A stretch of 64,000 nucleotides of DNA, from positions 21,617 to 85,616 of the forward strand of contig CAZKED010000003.1 of assembly GCA_964551725.1 (NCBI GenBank), in the 5' to 3' direction. Source of the DNA: an uncultured archaeon. GTDB taxonomy: Archaea > Iainarchaeota > Iainarchaeia > Iainarchaeales > DTGL01. The translations under genes and the position numbers were made by a program. The notes beneath the pieces are model-generated. The model was not told the origin of the DNA and searched no databases. It was given only the letters and a program-made list of their open reading frames with translations. How positions within the stretch are numbered: position 1 is the stretch's first letter; each line of letters opens with the position of its first letter. Shown in pieces: positions 1 to 9,592 of this stretch.

Positions 1-2139
<2,139 letters not shown>

Positions 2140-2166
2140 GCCGCAGAGCCGGAAAAAAAGGAGTTT

Positions 2167-3369
2167 TTGAAAATGCCTTTCTCTGGAATTGAAAAAGCGG
2201 TGGCAGAACTCAAAAAGGGAAACATGGTAATAGTCGTTGACGACAGCAGCAGGGAAAACGAGGGTGACATACTCTGCGCGGCGGAAAAGGTGAATGCGAA
2301 AAAAATGAATTTCATTATTCAGAATACCTCCGGAATAATCTGTGCGCCCATTGATTCAAAAACCGCGGCAAGATTCGACCTTCCCCCCATGGCTTCTTCC
2401 AGGGACCGCTTTGGCACTGGTTTTACGGTAAGCGTTGACGCAAAAAAAGGCACTTCAACTGGTGTAAGTGCAGCCGACCGCGTGAGGACCGTGAGAACGC
2501 TGGCAGACCCCAAAGCGGGAGAGAAAGACTTCTTCAAGCCCGGGCATGTTTTCCCTATTGTTGCAAGGGAAGGAGGCGTGCTCGAGAGAGCCGGGCACAC
2601 CGAGGCATGCGTGGACCTGCTTAGGGCGGCAGAGCTCAGAACCGTGGGCGTAATAGGCGAGACAATGAAGCCCGACGGGAGCATGGCGCGCCTTCCATAC
2701 ATTGAATCCCTCGCCGGAAAATTCGGCTTAAAAATTGTCTCCATTTCCGACCTCATAAAATACAGGTTGAGGCAGGAATCCCTGGTCGAGCGCGTTTCGG
2801 AAGCAACGCTTAAAACCGAGTTTGGCGATTTCAAAGTCATAGGGTTCAGGCACAGGTTTTCGGGAAACGAGTACGCCGCGCTCGTGAAGGGGAAATGGAA
2901 AAAAAGCGAAGCGGTGCCTGTGAGAATGCACTCGGGCTGTTTGACCGGCGACGTTTTCCATTCCCTTAAATGCGACTGCAGGCAGCAGCTCGTTGAGGCA
3001 ATGAAGCGCATTCAGAAAAGGGGAAAGGGTGCAATCGTTTACATCCCGGAGCACGAGGGCAGGGGAATAGGCCTGGTGAACAAAATAAAGGCATACGCCC
3101 TGCAGGAGAAAGGGCTTGACACGGTTGAGGCGAATATAGAACTCGGCTTTGCGGGCGACATTAGGGAGTACGGCATAGGCGCGCAGATTTTGCGCGAACT
3201 CGGAATCAAAAAACTGCGGCTGCTTTCAAACAATCCCGCGAAGGTCGTCGGGCTGGAGGGATACGGGCTTGAAATTGTTGTCAGGGAGCCCTTGAAGATA
3301 AAACCCACAAAGCACAACCGCGGGTATTTGCGCGCGAAAAAGGAAAAACTGGGACATAAACTGGATTGA
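2167..3369 (+). CDS. ribBA: Bifunctional 3,4-dihydroxy-2-butanone-4-phosphate synthase / GTP cyclohydrolase II
   Basis: 400 aa. N-terminal DHBP synthase-like (RENEGDIL...), C-terminal GCH-II zinc motif RMHSGCLTGDVFHSLKCDCRQQL and GRGIGLVNKI. 27 nt after guaB. Confidence 0.85.
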   Translation: MKMPFSGIEKAVAELKKGNMVIVVDDSSRENEGDILCAAEKVNAKKMNFIIQNTSGIICAPIDSKTAARFDLPPMASSRDRFGTGFTVSVDAKKGTSTGVSAADRVRTVRTLADPKAGEKDFFKPGHVFPIVAREGGVLERAGHTEACVDLLRAAELRTVGVIGETMKPDGSMARLPYIESLAGKFGLKIVSISDLIKYRLRQESLVERVSEATLKTEFGDFKVIGFRHRFSGNEYAALVKGKWKKSEAVPVRMHSGCLTGDVFHSLKCDCRQQLVEAMKRIQKRGKGAIVYIPEHEGRGIGLVNKIKAYALQEKGLDTVEANIELGFAGDIREYGIGAQILRELGIKKLRLLSNNPAKVVGLEGYGLEIVVREPLKIKPTKHNRGYLRAKKEKLGHKLD

Positions 3370-3420
3370 AAAATTTATTAACCCCTTATGCTTCAATTGT
3401 AACAGGGAATGGTTTTTTTT

Positions 3421-3717
3421 ATGGCGAGAAAAAGGGTTTGCGCTGATTTGCCGCCTTCGCTCGTGGCAAAGCTCGGCATAGTGAAAAAAGTGGAGAACAA
3501 GAATGCAACGGAGCTGATTGAAGCCGCGCTGGAGGAATTCATCGAAAAGGAAATTTCGGAGAGAGACATTGACAGCATTGCCACGGATTTGTTTTACGAG
3601 GGCAGGCTTTCAGTGCAGGAACTCGAGCTCCTGCTCGGGAAAACAGAGGCAAGCGCCGCAGCGACAACAAAAAAGCTGAAAGGTAAGGCAAGGGAATTCA
3701 TCGACGCAGTGGATTGA
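3421..3717 (+). CDS. Hypothetical small protein, possible ribbon-helix-helix fold
   Basis: ORF MARKRVCADLPPSLVAKLGIVKK... (beta-strand then helices). Start moved to the ATG after the T9 run at 3412-3420, which may terminate ribBA. Confidence 0.4.
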   Translation: MARKRVCADLPPSLVAKLGIVKKVENKNATELIEAALEEFIEKEISERDIDSIATDLFYEGRLSVQELELLLGKTEASAAATTKKLKGKAREFIDAVD

Positions 3718-3862
3718 GTGGAATGCCAATTCCGCCCACAAAATTAGGCGAAAACCGGAGCCCGCCCGTTCTGCGAGGGGCGGACCCCAGCCAACTCTCC
3801 TAGCGGAGCAGGCTCACCAGTTTCCTGGCATTAAGATTTCTGCTTTGGGCTATAAATAGTTA

Positions 3863-3960
3863 GGGTTAAGGGAGCGCAAATTTTCTGGTTTAAGGGAGGT
3901 AAACGCCTGGGTTTAAGCTGAGGGAAGGGGGAAACCGCAGAAATCGGTTAAGTTTAAAAG
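3863..3960. repeat. Four spaced copies of a GGTTTAAG-like motif in a 400-bp noncoding region
   Basis: gggttaaggga (3863-3873), ggtttaagggagg (3887-3899), gggtttaagc (3908-3919), ggttaagtttaaaag (3946-3960). Irregular 20-35 nt spacing. TATAAATA at 3851-3858. Confidence 0.5.
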
Positions 3961-4124
3961 AGTTCATCCGTTTACTTTAGTAACAGGCGCGTAAAAACGT
4001 CAGAAACCGCCCAAAAGCAAAAAAACGAAACAATTAAATACCAGTTGAACTATAAGTTTATTATTAACGTTATCCAGTTAACATATGTGCTGGTTTTTTT
4101 TAATGGTGTCATGGAGGAATTTTA

Positions 4125-5213
4125 ATGGATGATTCTGCAAACGAGAGCAAAGCGAAATCTTCAGCAAAAAGACCTATTGCCCTCATTGGAATAATGGGCT
4201 TGGTCGCCGGCCTGATAGTGGGTCTTGCGGTTGGAATGCCCCTGGGCATTAACACCGGGCTTGCTTCACTGCCCGTAGGCGGGGAAACCAATGGAGCGGA
4301 AAGCTGCGAGGTTCCCGTGACAGTGCCAGAACTGACCGCGGAGCAGGCAAAAATTAAGGCAGAAAACTTCCTCAACGAAAGCATGCCTGCCTTGACGGGA
4401 ATGGATAACATGTCGGCGGAAGTGACAGAGGTAAATGACGAGGATGACTTTTATTACTCTGTGGCGTTCAACCTCCTCCAGGACGACGCAATGGTCCAAG
4501 AGGCGCAGGTTTACGTGACAAAAGAGGGCGGAAAAATAATACTCGGCGGCAGCATTTTCGATTTGGACGAACCGCTGGCAGAGCCGACTCCCGAGCCGAC
4601 GCCTGAACTCGCAAAATCGGACACGCCAAATGTTAAAATGTTCGTAATGAGTTACTGCCCTTACGGGCAGCAGGCTGAAACAGGATTAAAGCCCGCGATT
4701 GAACTTCTTGGCAACACCATAGACTTCGAGCCACATTTCGTGATTTACTCCGACTATGCTTCGGGATACCCCGAATACTGCTTTGACGAGAATAACAAAT
4801 ATTGCTCCATGCATGGAATAAGCGAATTGAACGAGGACGTAAGACAGCTGTGCATATGGAAATACGAAAAAGACAAGTTCTGGGACTACGTAAGCGGAAT
4901 CAACGCGAATTGCTCAATCAGCGAAATAGAAACATGCTGGAAAGAGCAGGCGGAAAAAGCCGGGATAGACGCGGAGAAAATAGAGCAGTGTTTCAACGAG
5001 GAAGCCCTTGAACTCCTGGCAGCGGAAAAAGAGTTAAACAACCAGTATGGAGTAAGCGGCTCTCCCACGGTTTTAATAAACGAAACAAGATACAGCGGCG
5101 GAAGAGCGCCTGAGAACTACAAGCTCGCAATCTGCTCGGCGTTCAACCAGGAACCGGAAGAATGCTCGCAGGAACTCGGCGACATTTCCGGCAATGCATC
5201 AGGGCAGTGCTAA
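4125..5213 (+). CDS. Membrane-anchored thioredoxin-fold thiol:disulfide oxidoreductase (DsbA/thioredoxin-like, CPYG active site)
   Basis: 362 aa. N-terminal TM helix (IALIGIMGLVAGLIVGLAVG), PEPTPEPTPE linker, SYCPYGQQ thioredoxin-type CxxC, further Cys pairs. SD GGAGG 8 nt upstream. Confidence 0.6.
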   Translation: MDDSANESKAKSSAKRPIALIGIMGLVAGLIVGLAVGMPLGINTGLASLPVGGETNGAESCEVPVTVPELTAEQAKIKAENFLNESMPALTGMDNMSAEVTEVNDEDDFYYSVAFNLLQDDAMVQEAQVYVTKEGGKIILGGSIFDLDEPLAEPTPEPTPELAKSDTPNVKMFVMSYCPYGQQAETGLKPAIELLGNTIDFEPHFVIYSDYASGYPEYCFDENNKYCSMHGISELNEDVRQLCIWKYEKDKFWDYVSGINANCSISEIETCWKEQAEKAGIDAEKIEQCFNEEALELLAAEKELNNQYGVSGSPTVLINETRYSGGRAPENYKLAICSAFNQEPEECSQELGDISGNASGQC

Positions 5214-5282
5214 TAAAAACATTGCCCTTCTTATATTTTCTTTTATTGTTTTTTTGGGAAAGGAGAAGAGGGAGGTAATGGA

Positions 5283-5519
5283 ATGGCAAAAGCAATAGTG
5301 TATTCAACGCCCGTGTGCCCTTACTGTTCCAAAGTGAAGGAATTCCTCAAAGAGCACGGAATTGAGTTTGAGGACGTTGACGTTTCCTCGGATCAGGGGA
5401 AAGCCAGGGAGATGATTGAAAAATCCGGGCAGATGGGCGTTCCCGTAACAGACATTGACGGCAGCATTGTCGTGGGATACGATGTCCCGAAACTGAAAGT
5501 GCTCCTGAACATTGAATAA
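5283..5519 (+). CDS. Glutaredoxin (CPYC)
   Basis: 78 aa. MAKAIVYSTPVCPYCSKVKEFL...GVPVTDIDG is canonical glutaredoxin/NrdH-like. Confidence 0.8.
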   Translation: MAKAIVYSTPVCPYCSKVKEFLKEHGIEFEDVDVSSDQGKAREMIEKSGQMGVPVTDIDGSIVVGYDVPKLKVLLNIE

Positions 5520-5559
5520 GGACACTGAAAATTCAACACTTTAAGAAGGAGGTTTGTTC

Positions 5560-5736
5560 ATGGCAAAAGTTGAACTGGACGAGAACAAGTGCATCGGCTG
5601 CGGCACCTGCGTTGCGCTATGCCCTGCGAATTTTGAAATGAGCGGCGCAAAAGCGAAAGTGAAATCCGCGGAGGACAGCGGCTGCGCGAAGCAGGCCGCG
5701 GAAAACTGCCCTGTTTCCGCGATTTCCGTGAAATGA
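5560..5736 (+). CDS. Single-cluster [4Fe-4S] ferredoxin, Pyrococcus furiosus Fd-like
   Basis: MAKVELDENKCIGCGTCVALCPANFEM...CAKQAAENCPVSAISVK. CxxCxxC...CP plus distal Cys pair, very similar in layout to Pf-type ferredoxin. ATG at 5560 with AAGGAGG SD; the ORF-track start at 5554 is TTG. Confidence 0.75.
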   Translation: MAKVELDENKCIGCGTCVALCPANFEMSGAKAKVKSAEDSGCAKQAAENCPVSAISVK

Positions 5737-5749
5737 TTACGCGATTTTA

Positions 5750-6046
5750 ATGGTTTCAAAAGAGGAAATTGAAAAAGCGCTTCACAGCGTGATCGACCCC
5801 GAAATAGGGCTTAACGTAGTGGAACTCGGGTTCATTTACGATATCCGAGTGAAAGACGGGAATGTAACGATTGAAATGACTTTGACCAATCCAATGTGCC
5901 CTATGCAGGGAATGATTACGGGGGATGTTGAAAAAGCAGTGGCAAAAATTCCAGGGATTTCAAGGGCGGAGGTAAAACTCGTGTTCAATCCACGCTGGAC
6001 TCCTGAAAGAATGACCGCAAAAGCGAGAAAAAAACTCGGGCTCTGA
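5750..6046 (+). CDS. DUF59/MIP18-family Fe-S cluster assembly protein (SufT-like)
   Basis: 98 aa. IEKALHSVIDPEIGLNVVELGFIY...LTNPMCPMQGMI is the DUF59 signature. Confidence 0.7.
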   Translation: MVSKEEIEKALHSVIDPEIGLNVVELGFIYDIRVKDGNVTIEMTLTNPMCPMQGMITGDVEKAVAKIPGISRAEVKLVFNPRWTPERMTAKARKKLGL

Positions 6047-6050
6047 TTTT

Positions 6051-6368
6051 TCACTCGCGGAATTCTTCCTCGCCCGCTGCTTCCAGCGCGCCCATCGCTT
6101 CATCTTCCGTGGGCTTTATTCCCGCTCTCCTTGAACGCGTGATTTTTCCCAGTTTCACGAGGGCAATGCCCGCCCATACCGCTTCGAGTATTGCGAACAT
6201 TATTGCCGCTGCGCCGAGCCAGATGGCGTACACAAGCATTAACAGCGCGCCGAACAAGTTCATGAAATTGAAGACGTAATCGTCGTCGCTCCACTTGTTG
6301 AATTCGTCCATGAAGAACGCTATGAGTATAAGGCACAGTCCACCGGCGCCAATCCATTCAAAAACCAT
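6051..6368 (-). CDS. Hypothetical membrane protein
   Basis: 105 aa, 3 predicted TM helices, acidic C-terminus. Confidence 0.45.
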   Translation of the reverse strand: MVFEWIGAGGLCLILIAFFMDEFNKWSDDDYVFNFMNLFGALLMLVYAIWLGAAAIMFAILEAVWAGIALVKLGKITRSRRAGIKPTEDEAMGALEAAGEEEFRE

Positions 6369-6439
6369 TTTTTCCCCGCTCCGATAAATGTTTATAATTA
6401 GATTACCCCTATTTCATATAAATAACTTGCGGTGAGGAA

Positions 6440-6670
6440 ATGGGCGTATTCAACAGACCGGGCGTTTTCAGGGCCAGACCAAAGAGCCCGAAAAGAACGG
6501 AAGTAAAGAGCCCTCCGGGCTACACCGGTCCTAAAATTTTCTGCCATCCCGGAAAGTCCAATCCTTGGAGATACGAAAACGGAACTCCTGTAACCGACCC
6601 AAAAACCCTTTTAGAACTTGAAAAGCACGCGGGACACCTAGCCCGCCCCCACTTCGACCAATATGATTAA
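6440..6670 (+). CDS. Hypothetical basic Pro-rich small protein
   Basis: 76 aa ORF with GGTGAGG SD 5 nt upstream. No recognisable family. Confidence 0.35.
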   Translation: MGVFNRPGVFRARPKSPKRTEVKSPPGYTGPKIFCHPGKSNPWRYENGTPVTDPKTLLELEKHAGHLARPHFDQYD

Positions 6671-6703
6671 ATAACTGGTTGCCCTTCTTTTTTTGGGAGT
6701 TTA

Positions 6704-6850
6704 ATGGAGAAGAAGTTCTGGCGCTGCAATGTGTGCAACGACATACATTACGGCGTTGCCGGTCCGGAGCTATGCCCTACCTGCAACACGAAAAACGCGT
6801 ACGTTGAGATTGACGAGGCGGAAGCGAAAAAGGTAATGGGTTTTGCATGA
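6704..6850 (+). CDS. Rubredoxin-like Cys4 metal-binding small protein
   Basis: 48 aa: MEKKFWRCNVCNDIHYGVAGPELCPTCNTKNAYVEIDEAEAKKVMGFA. CxxC...CPxC rubredoxin/Zn-ribbon. Below the 60-aa cutoff of the ORF track. GGGAG SD. Stop overlaps the next start (ATGA). Confidence 0.6.
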   Translation: MEKKFWRCNVCNDIHYGVAGPELCPTCNTKNAYVEIDEAEAKKVMGFA

Positions 6851-7116
6851 ACAGGGAAGAAATACTGAAAGCATTCCAGGCATTTACTGAAAAGAACGAT
6901 TTTGAACTGAACGCCGAAAAAGAGTTTCTGGGCAAGCTCATCGACGGAATCCTTGAAAACGAAAAAAGGTTCGGATTGAAGCTCTGCCCCTGCCGCATCC
7001 GCGACGGAACAAAGGAGCGCGATTTGCTGCTGATCTGTCCGTGCAATTTCAAGGCGCAGGACACCTGGCGCGAGCAAGGGCGCTGTTGGTGCGGGTTGTT
7101 TGTTAAAAGGCAGTGA
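6847..7116 (+). CDS. Ferredoxin:thioredoxin reductase catalytic-subunit-like protein (FTR/FDR family)
   Basis: 89 aa with CPC(x16)CPC...CWC spacing (LCPCRIRDGTKERDLLLICPCNF...RCWCGLF) typical of the FTR catalytic chain Fe-S/disulfide centre. Confidence 0.65.
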   Translation: MNREEILKAFQAFTEKNDFELNAEKEFLGKLIDGILENEKRFGLKLCPCRIRDGTKERDLLLICPCNFKAQDTWREQGRCWCGLFVKRQ

Positions 7117-7195
7117 AAGGGGAATTTTCTGACATGCCGAAAAGGAATTCAAAAAAGTTAAATAAATTTCTGCTGTTTTTTCCGTTGGTGATTCA

Positions 7196-7387
7196 ATGGT
7201 TATGGACAAATGCCCGAAATGCGGTTCGACGGAAATAAGCAAGGGAGCGGTCGCGGGCGCAAGAATTCTTTATAAGTCTTCAGATACCAAAAAGGACTTT
7301 TTTGGAGGCGCAAACTGGTTCACTCCTTTTGCCTGCAAAAACTGCGGCTATGTTGAATTCTACGTTGACGCAAGCAAGCTTAAATAA
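7196..7387 (+). CDS. Small Zn-ribbon protein (paralog A)
   Basis: 63 aa. CPKCGSTEI...CKNCGYVEFYVDASKLK. Paralog of 8793..8996. Confidence 0.6.
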   Translation: MVMDKCPKCGSTEISKGAVAGARILYKSSDTKKDFFGGANWFTPFACKNCGYVEFYVDASKLK

Positions 7388-7424
7388 ACAAAGAAGCTGA
7401 TGTTAAAAGTCTGCAAGAATTGAG

Positions 7425-7508
7425 TGCACGGGGGCGGATTCGGACCGCCGAACGCACTAAGCGACGAGATCTTGAGTCTCGCGGGTTTGGCCACTTCCCT
7501 ACCCGTGC
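7425..7508 (-). tRNA. tRNA-Leu (anticodon CAA), class II
   Basis: Folded by hand. 7-bp acceptor GCACGGG/CCCGTGC, 3-bp D stem with loop AAGTGGCCAAA, perfect anticodon stem CGAGA/TCTCG with loop CTCAAGA, 15-nt variable arm with CGC/GCG stem, T arm GGCGG-TCCGAAT-CCGCC, discriminator A. No encoded CCA. The T loop has C at position 55, which is unusual. Confidence 0.65.
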
Positions 7509-7634
7509 AACACTGCGCGCATTGTCTGGTATTGCAGAAGTAATAATAAGTTGGAAAAGGAAATTAATAAATCTGCCGCTTTGCTTTCACTCGCGTTTTT
7601 GCGCCGCCTTTTCGCCGCCTTTGCGGTGCCTTTC

Positions 7635-8033
7635 CTACTTTATGTCGAGTATTTGACCTGCCCGAATCAACAGACCCTTTGCTTTGAGGAATACCGCGCC
7701 CGAATCGCCTTCTTCTAGCGCCCGCACCCTGCGCCCGTTCTGCTGGACTTCCCTTATTTTGAAATCCTGTTCGCCGAGCAGCACCCTGTTTTTTGAAGTG
7801 ATTCTCCCGCGGAGCAGTGTGCCTTTGACCATGGCAAGGTCGTGCACTTCGTAATAGCCGGAAACCTCGAAAGCGTTGTTTTCAACGCTCGCTGCTTTTT
7901 TCTCCTGCCGTATTTCCTCTATTTCAAGGTCAATCTTTTTCTTCTGGTGCTCGGGAACGCACACGCCTAACCTGTGCTCTTTCCTCGGCTTTGCCAAAAC
8001 CTGCATTATTCCCATCTGACCACCTGCAAACAC
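7635..8033 (-). CDS. Hypothetical protein with EF-Tu domain-2-like beta-barrel signature
   Basis: 132 aa. ...HDLAMVKGTLLRGRITSKNRVLLGEQDFKIREVQQNGRRVRALEEGDSGAVFLK resembles translation-GTPase domain II. Family not certain. Confidence 0.4.
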   Translation of the reverse strand: MFAGGQMGIMQVLAKPRKEHRLGVCVPEHQKKKIDLEIEEIRQEKKAASVENNAFEVSGYYEVHDLAMVKGTLLRGRITSKNRVLLGEQDFKIREVQQNGRRVRALEEGDSGAVFLKAKGLLIRAGQILDIK

Positions 8034-8096
8034 GCCTATAATTAACTTTCTTCCTAAAAACGATTAAAAAAGTTGCCTTGGACAGGAAAACCGGGT

Positions 8097-8363
8097 TCAG
8101 GAGCGCTCAATGCTGGATTTGCCCATTTCGAGTATCTGGCCTGTAAGAAGGAGAATCCAGCCCACGACAAGAAGAATGATTGTGTAAGGGGTGAGGTCCA
8201 GTGGATGAGTGGCGCGCAGCACGAAATGCCAGTCAATTATGCTGAGAATCAGGGCAATTGAAATGAGAATAAAAGAGGTTCCCTCGTACTTCCTGCCCCT
8301 CCGGAGCTTGCGGTATTCCGCCTCATAGCGCTTCTTGTAATAGTCCCTTTCCCTTACGACCAT
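8097..8363 (-). CDS. Hypothetical membrane protein
   Basis: 88 aa, basic N-terminus, 2 TM helices. Confidence 0.4.
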   Translation of the reverse strand: MVVRERDYYKKRYEAEYRKLRRGRKYEGTSFILISIALILSIIDWHFVLRATHPLDLTPYTIILLVVGWILLLTGQILEMGKSSIERS

Positions 8364-8792
8364 GGAGTTCAGGTAATTTAATGTTCCCGAGGTATTTATT
8401 TCTTTCTCCGGTGCAATTCTGCCTCAAAGAATAAAATCAGTCCCTTTCAAGGAGAACAATCCTGCCGCGGTCTCCGCCCATTCCATTTCCTCCAGAACAT
8501 AAAAATAGCAACAGTGCGGATTTATATAGGCAAGGTTAAACGAAAAGCAACCTTTTGGTTTAAAAATTAAGCAAAACGGGCGGAAAAGGTTAATTTTTCT
8601 CATATTATTTCGAGCGCCTGCAGCAAAGCCATAAGCAGCATTCCCAAAATCACGCCAAGCAAAAAAACCATTGAATGCTTTGACTTATACTTGTACTCCA
8701 TTAAAACCACTGCAAAGCGTAAACAAATAAAATAACGCTTTTAAATATAAAAACCTTTCCTCTTCCCTTTACTGGTATAATGGAGTGTTTTT

Positions 8793-8996
8793 ATGGAGAT
8801 GAGTGAATGCCCCAAGTGCGGTTCAAGGGAGATAGACAGGGGAAGGATTACGTCAAGCAGCTGGCAGCCGAGGTACATATCGGACAAGCAGAAGGCGCTT
8901 AAAATACCCCCCAAAGTCATTTCCTGCGTCTGCCTGCATTGTGGGTACGTTGAACTTTACACCGACGCGGAAAAGGTAAGGGAGAACAGGAAGTAA
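8793..8996 (+). CDS. Small Zn-ribbon protein (paralog B)
   Basis: 67 aa. CPKCGSREI...CLHCGYVELYTDAEKV. Same architecture as 7196..7387. Confidence 0.6.
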   Translation: MEMSECPKCGSREIDRGRITSSSWQPRYISDKQKALKIPPKVISCVCLHCGYVELYTDAEKVRENRK

Positions 8997-9032
8997 TAGC
9001 AAAACCAGAGGCCTGATCCGCGCAGGGAAAAG

Positions 9033-9119
9033 CGGAGGGGGCGGGATTTGAACCCGCGCGGGCACAATGCCCAGCAGCTTAGCAGGCTGCCGCCGTAGAC
9101 CGGACTGGGCCACCCCTCC
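9033..9119 (-). tRNA. tRNA-Ser (anticodon GCT), class II
   Basis: Acceptor GGAGGGG/CCCCTCC, 3-bp D stem, anticodon stem GCAGC/GCTGC with loop CTGCTAA, 13-nt variable arm (GGGCA-TTG-TGCCC), T arm GCGGG-TTCAAAT-CCCGC, discriminator G. No CCA. Confidence 0.8.
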
Positions 9120-9188
9120 ATTCAGCAGCCGGGCACTAATTAAATGCATGGAAAAGTATTAAAAAAAGGAATTGCCAAAGTCTAATGT

Positions 9189-9527
9189 ATGCCCAGTGAA
9201 TGGGAAATAAGGAAACTCGAGGAAGAGAAGGCGGAAGAAGCCGCCGAAAAAATGAGAGCCCCGTCGCCGCATTTCGCGGTAATGATAGGCCTGCTCATGG
9301 GTTTCACTGCGTTCTTTATAACTGTTTTTTCAATTCCGTTTATGGGAATCATAGCGGGATGGGCCTTTGTTCTCGTTGTAATGAACCTTTCCTACCTCGC
9401 CGTCTATCCCGAGGTATTCAAGAGGGTTACCGCAGGCGACCTGTGGTACATTATAGTGGACCTCTCGTTTTTTGTCGCGGGATACGCGGTAGGCGCTCTG
9501 ACCTATTTCCTGCTGTCGCTCAAATGA
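9189..9527 (+). CDS. Hypothetical membrane protein
   Basis: 112 aa, acidic N-terminus then 3 TM helices. Confidence 0.45.
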   Translation: MPSEWEIRKLEEEKAEEAAEKMRAPSPHFAVMIGLLMGFTAFFITVFSIPFMGIIAGWAFVLVVMNLSYLAVYPEVFKRVTAGDLWYIIVDLSFFVAGYAVGALTYFLLSLK

Positions 9528-9592
9528 GCTCGAAAAGAGGCATAAAAAAACATTTAAACAATTGCCTGGTTTTTATTCTATAAGAAAAAGGT

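Noticed and set aside
3863-3960. Possible CRISPR-like array from repeated GGTTTAAG boxes
   Set aside because: The repeats are short (8-13 nt), imperfect and irregularly spaced. There are no cas genes. More consistent with protein-binding sites.
3718-4124. SRP RNA or RNase P RNA in the largest intergenic gap
   Set aside because: No GGAAAGTCC-type (RNase P CR-I), ACAGAA-CCGG (CR-V) or SRP helix-8 GGAAGGAAGCAGC-like motifs found on either strand by eye. Left only as a generic regulatory region.
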